In this document: piece by piece, positions 61,960 through 64,000 of the stretch
How the letters are laid out: each line of letters starts with the position of its first letter
How positions within the stretch are numbered: position 1 is the first letter of the stretch
Assembly: GCA_022605425.2 (NCBI GenBank)
Contig: JAKIMF020000011.1
Coordinates: 186,001 to 250,000, forward strand
Length of the DNA stretch: 64,000 nucleotides
Origin: Hamiltosporidium tvaerminnensis FI-OER-3-3
Lineage: Eukaryota; Fungi; Microsporidia
Reading direction: 5' to 3'
Notes under the pieces: model-generated
What the model was told of the DNA's origin: nothing
Database searches by the model: none
What the model saw: only the letters and a program-made list of their open reading frames with translations
Translations under genes and position numbers: made by a program

Positions 61960-63671
61960 GCTATGACAGGCGAGGCAAAGAAATTTTCAGAGGTGATTGG
62001 CTTAGAGATTAACAAAGAGAAGTCAGCCACAAATGATACGTGTTGTGAAGATACTGCTACTCTTCTAGAAGGTGTTAGTGTTTACAAATATTTAGGAATA
62101 ATAGAAGATAGCAGAGGAATTCCAACACATAGCTCATTTGAAGAAGTACAGAGCAAACTTATATCAAGAGTTGAAAGACTTTGTCACACAAGATTAAATG
62201 CAAAAAATTTATTTTCTGCAATCAATCAACATGCGATATCGTTAATCAACTACCACATAGGAGTACTTCGACTTGAACCGGCTGACTTCTCTAAGTTAGA
62301 TGATGCAGTGCGTGCGGTGTTGGTGAAGAATAAGATACATCTCCGCCCAGGATGTAAAGAGCGTTTGTATCTTCCTAGAACAGAACTTGGAAGAGGCCTA
62401 CATAGTGTTGAGTTGCAAAGCGAACATATGCTTCTGCAACTCTTGGATTGTCTGGAAAAAAGTAAAGAAATATCAACTAGACGAGCAGCAATCCTCAAGG
62501 TGGAGAATAATAATAAAACCCATCTTGCACTAATAAAAGGCTTCTTAAAAGTAAAGTACAGGTTGGTAGAAGAAGTCACTAAGAAAAGTTTAGAAGAAGC
62601 TCAACTTGCAAAACTATATAACGAAATAGAAAAACGAAAACTACATTCAAAGTTATATAATGCAAGAAAAAATGAGCTTGTGAGTGTTAGTGACTCTTCA
62701 AGATGGCTAAAGAGAGGAAATATTAGGCCACGAAATGAAGCTGTGTTCTGCTATATCCAGGATAGAAATGTATTCTGGGGAGCAGATGGTGTGTGTCAAC
62801 ATTGCGGGAAGTCTGGTAAGACTGTAGATCATCTAGCAACTAGATGTGAAAAAATGCTAGGCCATGATTACACTAGACGGCATAATGAAGTGGTTAGATG
62901 CCTACACCTACTTCTCCTAAATAGATATAAGTTTAAGTCTTCAAAACGAATAAGGAGTCACTCAGTTCAAGAAATTCTTGATAATGAGTATGCAGAGATA
63001 AGTGTAGACACCAGAATAAAAACTGATGTTAAAATTCGGAATAACAGACCGGACATATTTATTTTAGATAAGAAGAAGAATAAGATAACACTCATTGAAG
63101 TAGGAATCACTTCCCAAGATTCACTTCAAATAGTTGAAACTGAAAAACTTAGGAAGTATGACCTGCTAGCGAATGAGTTGGGTCTTATTTATAGGTGTAG
63201 TGTTGAGATAATCTCTTATGTGATGACCTGGGACGGTATTGTGACAAAATACCATAAATCTCATCTTAAAAGACTAGAAATACCCATGAATGTAGAGGCA
63301 TACATTCAGTCTATAGTACTTAAGAAAACAGTCGAAACAATTTCCTTTGATCGACGAAGAGGACTTGAGTCAGGACTAAATGCCGAAGAGATCTGGGAGA
63401 GAGCGTCAATGGGTGTTATTATGAGATCAGAGATGCATGAGGAACCAATACCCCCTTTAAAAGAAGCGAAAAGAGAGGAAGATGGTGTTAAAATTTTAAA
63501 ACCAAAAAATAATACACCCCTTATTTCACAAGGAGGAACCACTTTAGAGGAACCGACCAATAACATAAATGAAGAGTCGGATTTGGAAGAAGAGAAAATA
63601 GTGGTTAAAGAGGTAGAAGAAAACATTAAAAAATGGTAAAAATATTTTAACCCAGAATTTTATTAAATAAA
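61960..63671 (+). mobile_element. Young 5'-truncated non-LTR retrotransposon (R4/Dong-like, RT C-terminus + CCHC + restriction-like endonuclease)
   Basis: 14-bp TSD ATTAAAAAATATAT at 61946-61959 and 63672-63685. The element begins downstream of the RT YxDD motif. Confidence 0.93.
61963..63639 (+). CDS. Truncated retrotransposon ORF (RT thumb, Zn knuckle, RLE endonuclease)
   Basis: GLEINKEKS, YKYLG, RLYLPR..GRGL, CQHC..TVDHL..C, RHN, RPDI..IEV..EKLRKY. Confidence 0.85.
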   Translation: MTGEAKKFSEVIGLEINKEKSATNDTCCEDTATLLEGVSVYKYLGIIEDSRGIPTHSSFEEVQSKLISRVERLCHTRLNAKNLFSAINQHAISLINYHIGVLRLEPADFSKLDDAVRAVLVKNKIHLRPGCKERLYLPRTELGRGLHSVELQSEHMLLQLLDCLEKSKEISTRRAAILKVENNNKTHLALIKGFLKVKYRLVEEVTKKSLEEAQLAKLYNEIEKRKLHSKLYNARKNELVSVSDSSRWLKRGNIRPRNEAVFCYIQDRNVFWGADGVCQHCGKSGKTVDHLATRCEKMLGHDYTRRHNEVVRCLHLLLLNRYKFKSSKRIRSHSVQEILDNEYAEISVDTRIKTDVKIRNNRPDIFILDKKKNKITLIEVGITSQDSLQIVETEKLRKYDLLANELGLIYRCSVEIISYVMTWDGIVTKYHKSHLKRLEIPMNVEAYIQSIVLKKTVETISFDRRRGLESGLNAEEIWERASMGVIMRSEMHEEPIPPLKEAKREEDGVKILKPKNNTPLISQGGTTLEEPTNNINEESDLEEEKIVVKEVEENIKKW

Positions 63672-64000
63672 ATTAAAAAATATATATTTTCTCTTCTTTT
63701 TTTTGAATTTTAATTATTTGATAGATTAATTTTCTAAAAAGTTCTAATTATAAATATACGTACTCATTATAATTCAAATCTTTAAATAAATTTATTTGAA
63801 ATACCAAAAATATCTTTGAATTCAAGAGATAATAAAGTAATTTCAATGTTTCGAGGAATTTAACTAAGTAAAAAAGAAAGAATTTTATCTATTTAAATAG
63901 AGATTATAATTTTGTGACTTATCCAGTCTACAGCAATAAAGACCGACAGGAGTCAGATATATTTTATTAATATTTCCTTTATAATCGAATTATCTTCAAA

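Noticed and set aside
1-64000. tRNA/rRNA genes (GTTCGA hits near 1950, 3862, 8971, 60102)
   Set aside because: No cloverleaf or rRNA-like GC-rich context around any hit.

Overview
Very AT-rich, gene-sparse eukaryotic DNA with hallmarks of a large-genome microsporidian (Hamiltosporidium-like; inference). Those hallmarks are CCC motifs before housekeeping ATGs, AATAAA overlapping stop codons, a 30-nt intron after the ATG of a ribosomal protein gene, and polar-tube/ricin-B-lectin-like genes. Housekeeping genes: ELO elongase, Pus3/Deg1, Sfp1-like zinc finger, Puf6, repeat-expanded Gsh1, eL43 (missed by the ORF track), Mis12 and uS8. The 46-62 kb region holds six secreted ricin-B-lectin-like genes, including a tandem PTP4/PTP5-like pair. 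These six lack the CCC motif, and four carry AAACNGT at -47 to -54, a candidate co-regulated invasion module. Intergenic DNA contains at least six age-stratified copies of one RLE-type non-LTR retrotransposon (two with clean TSDs), a decayed Ty3/Gypsy pol, a bipartite RTE-like short element, and many tandem repeats. Two ~715-bp direct repeats with structured-RNA signatures bracket the eL43-lectin-Mis12 block. All family calls rest on motif recognition by eye; no searches were run.
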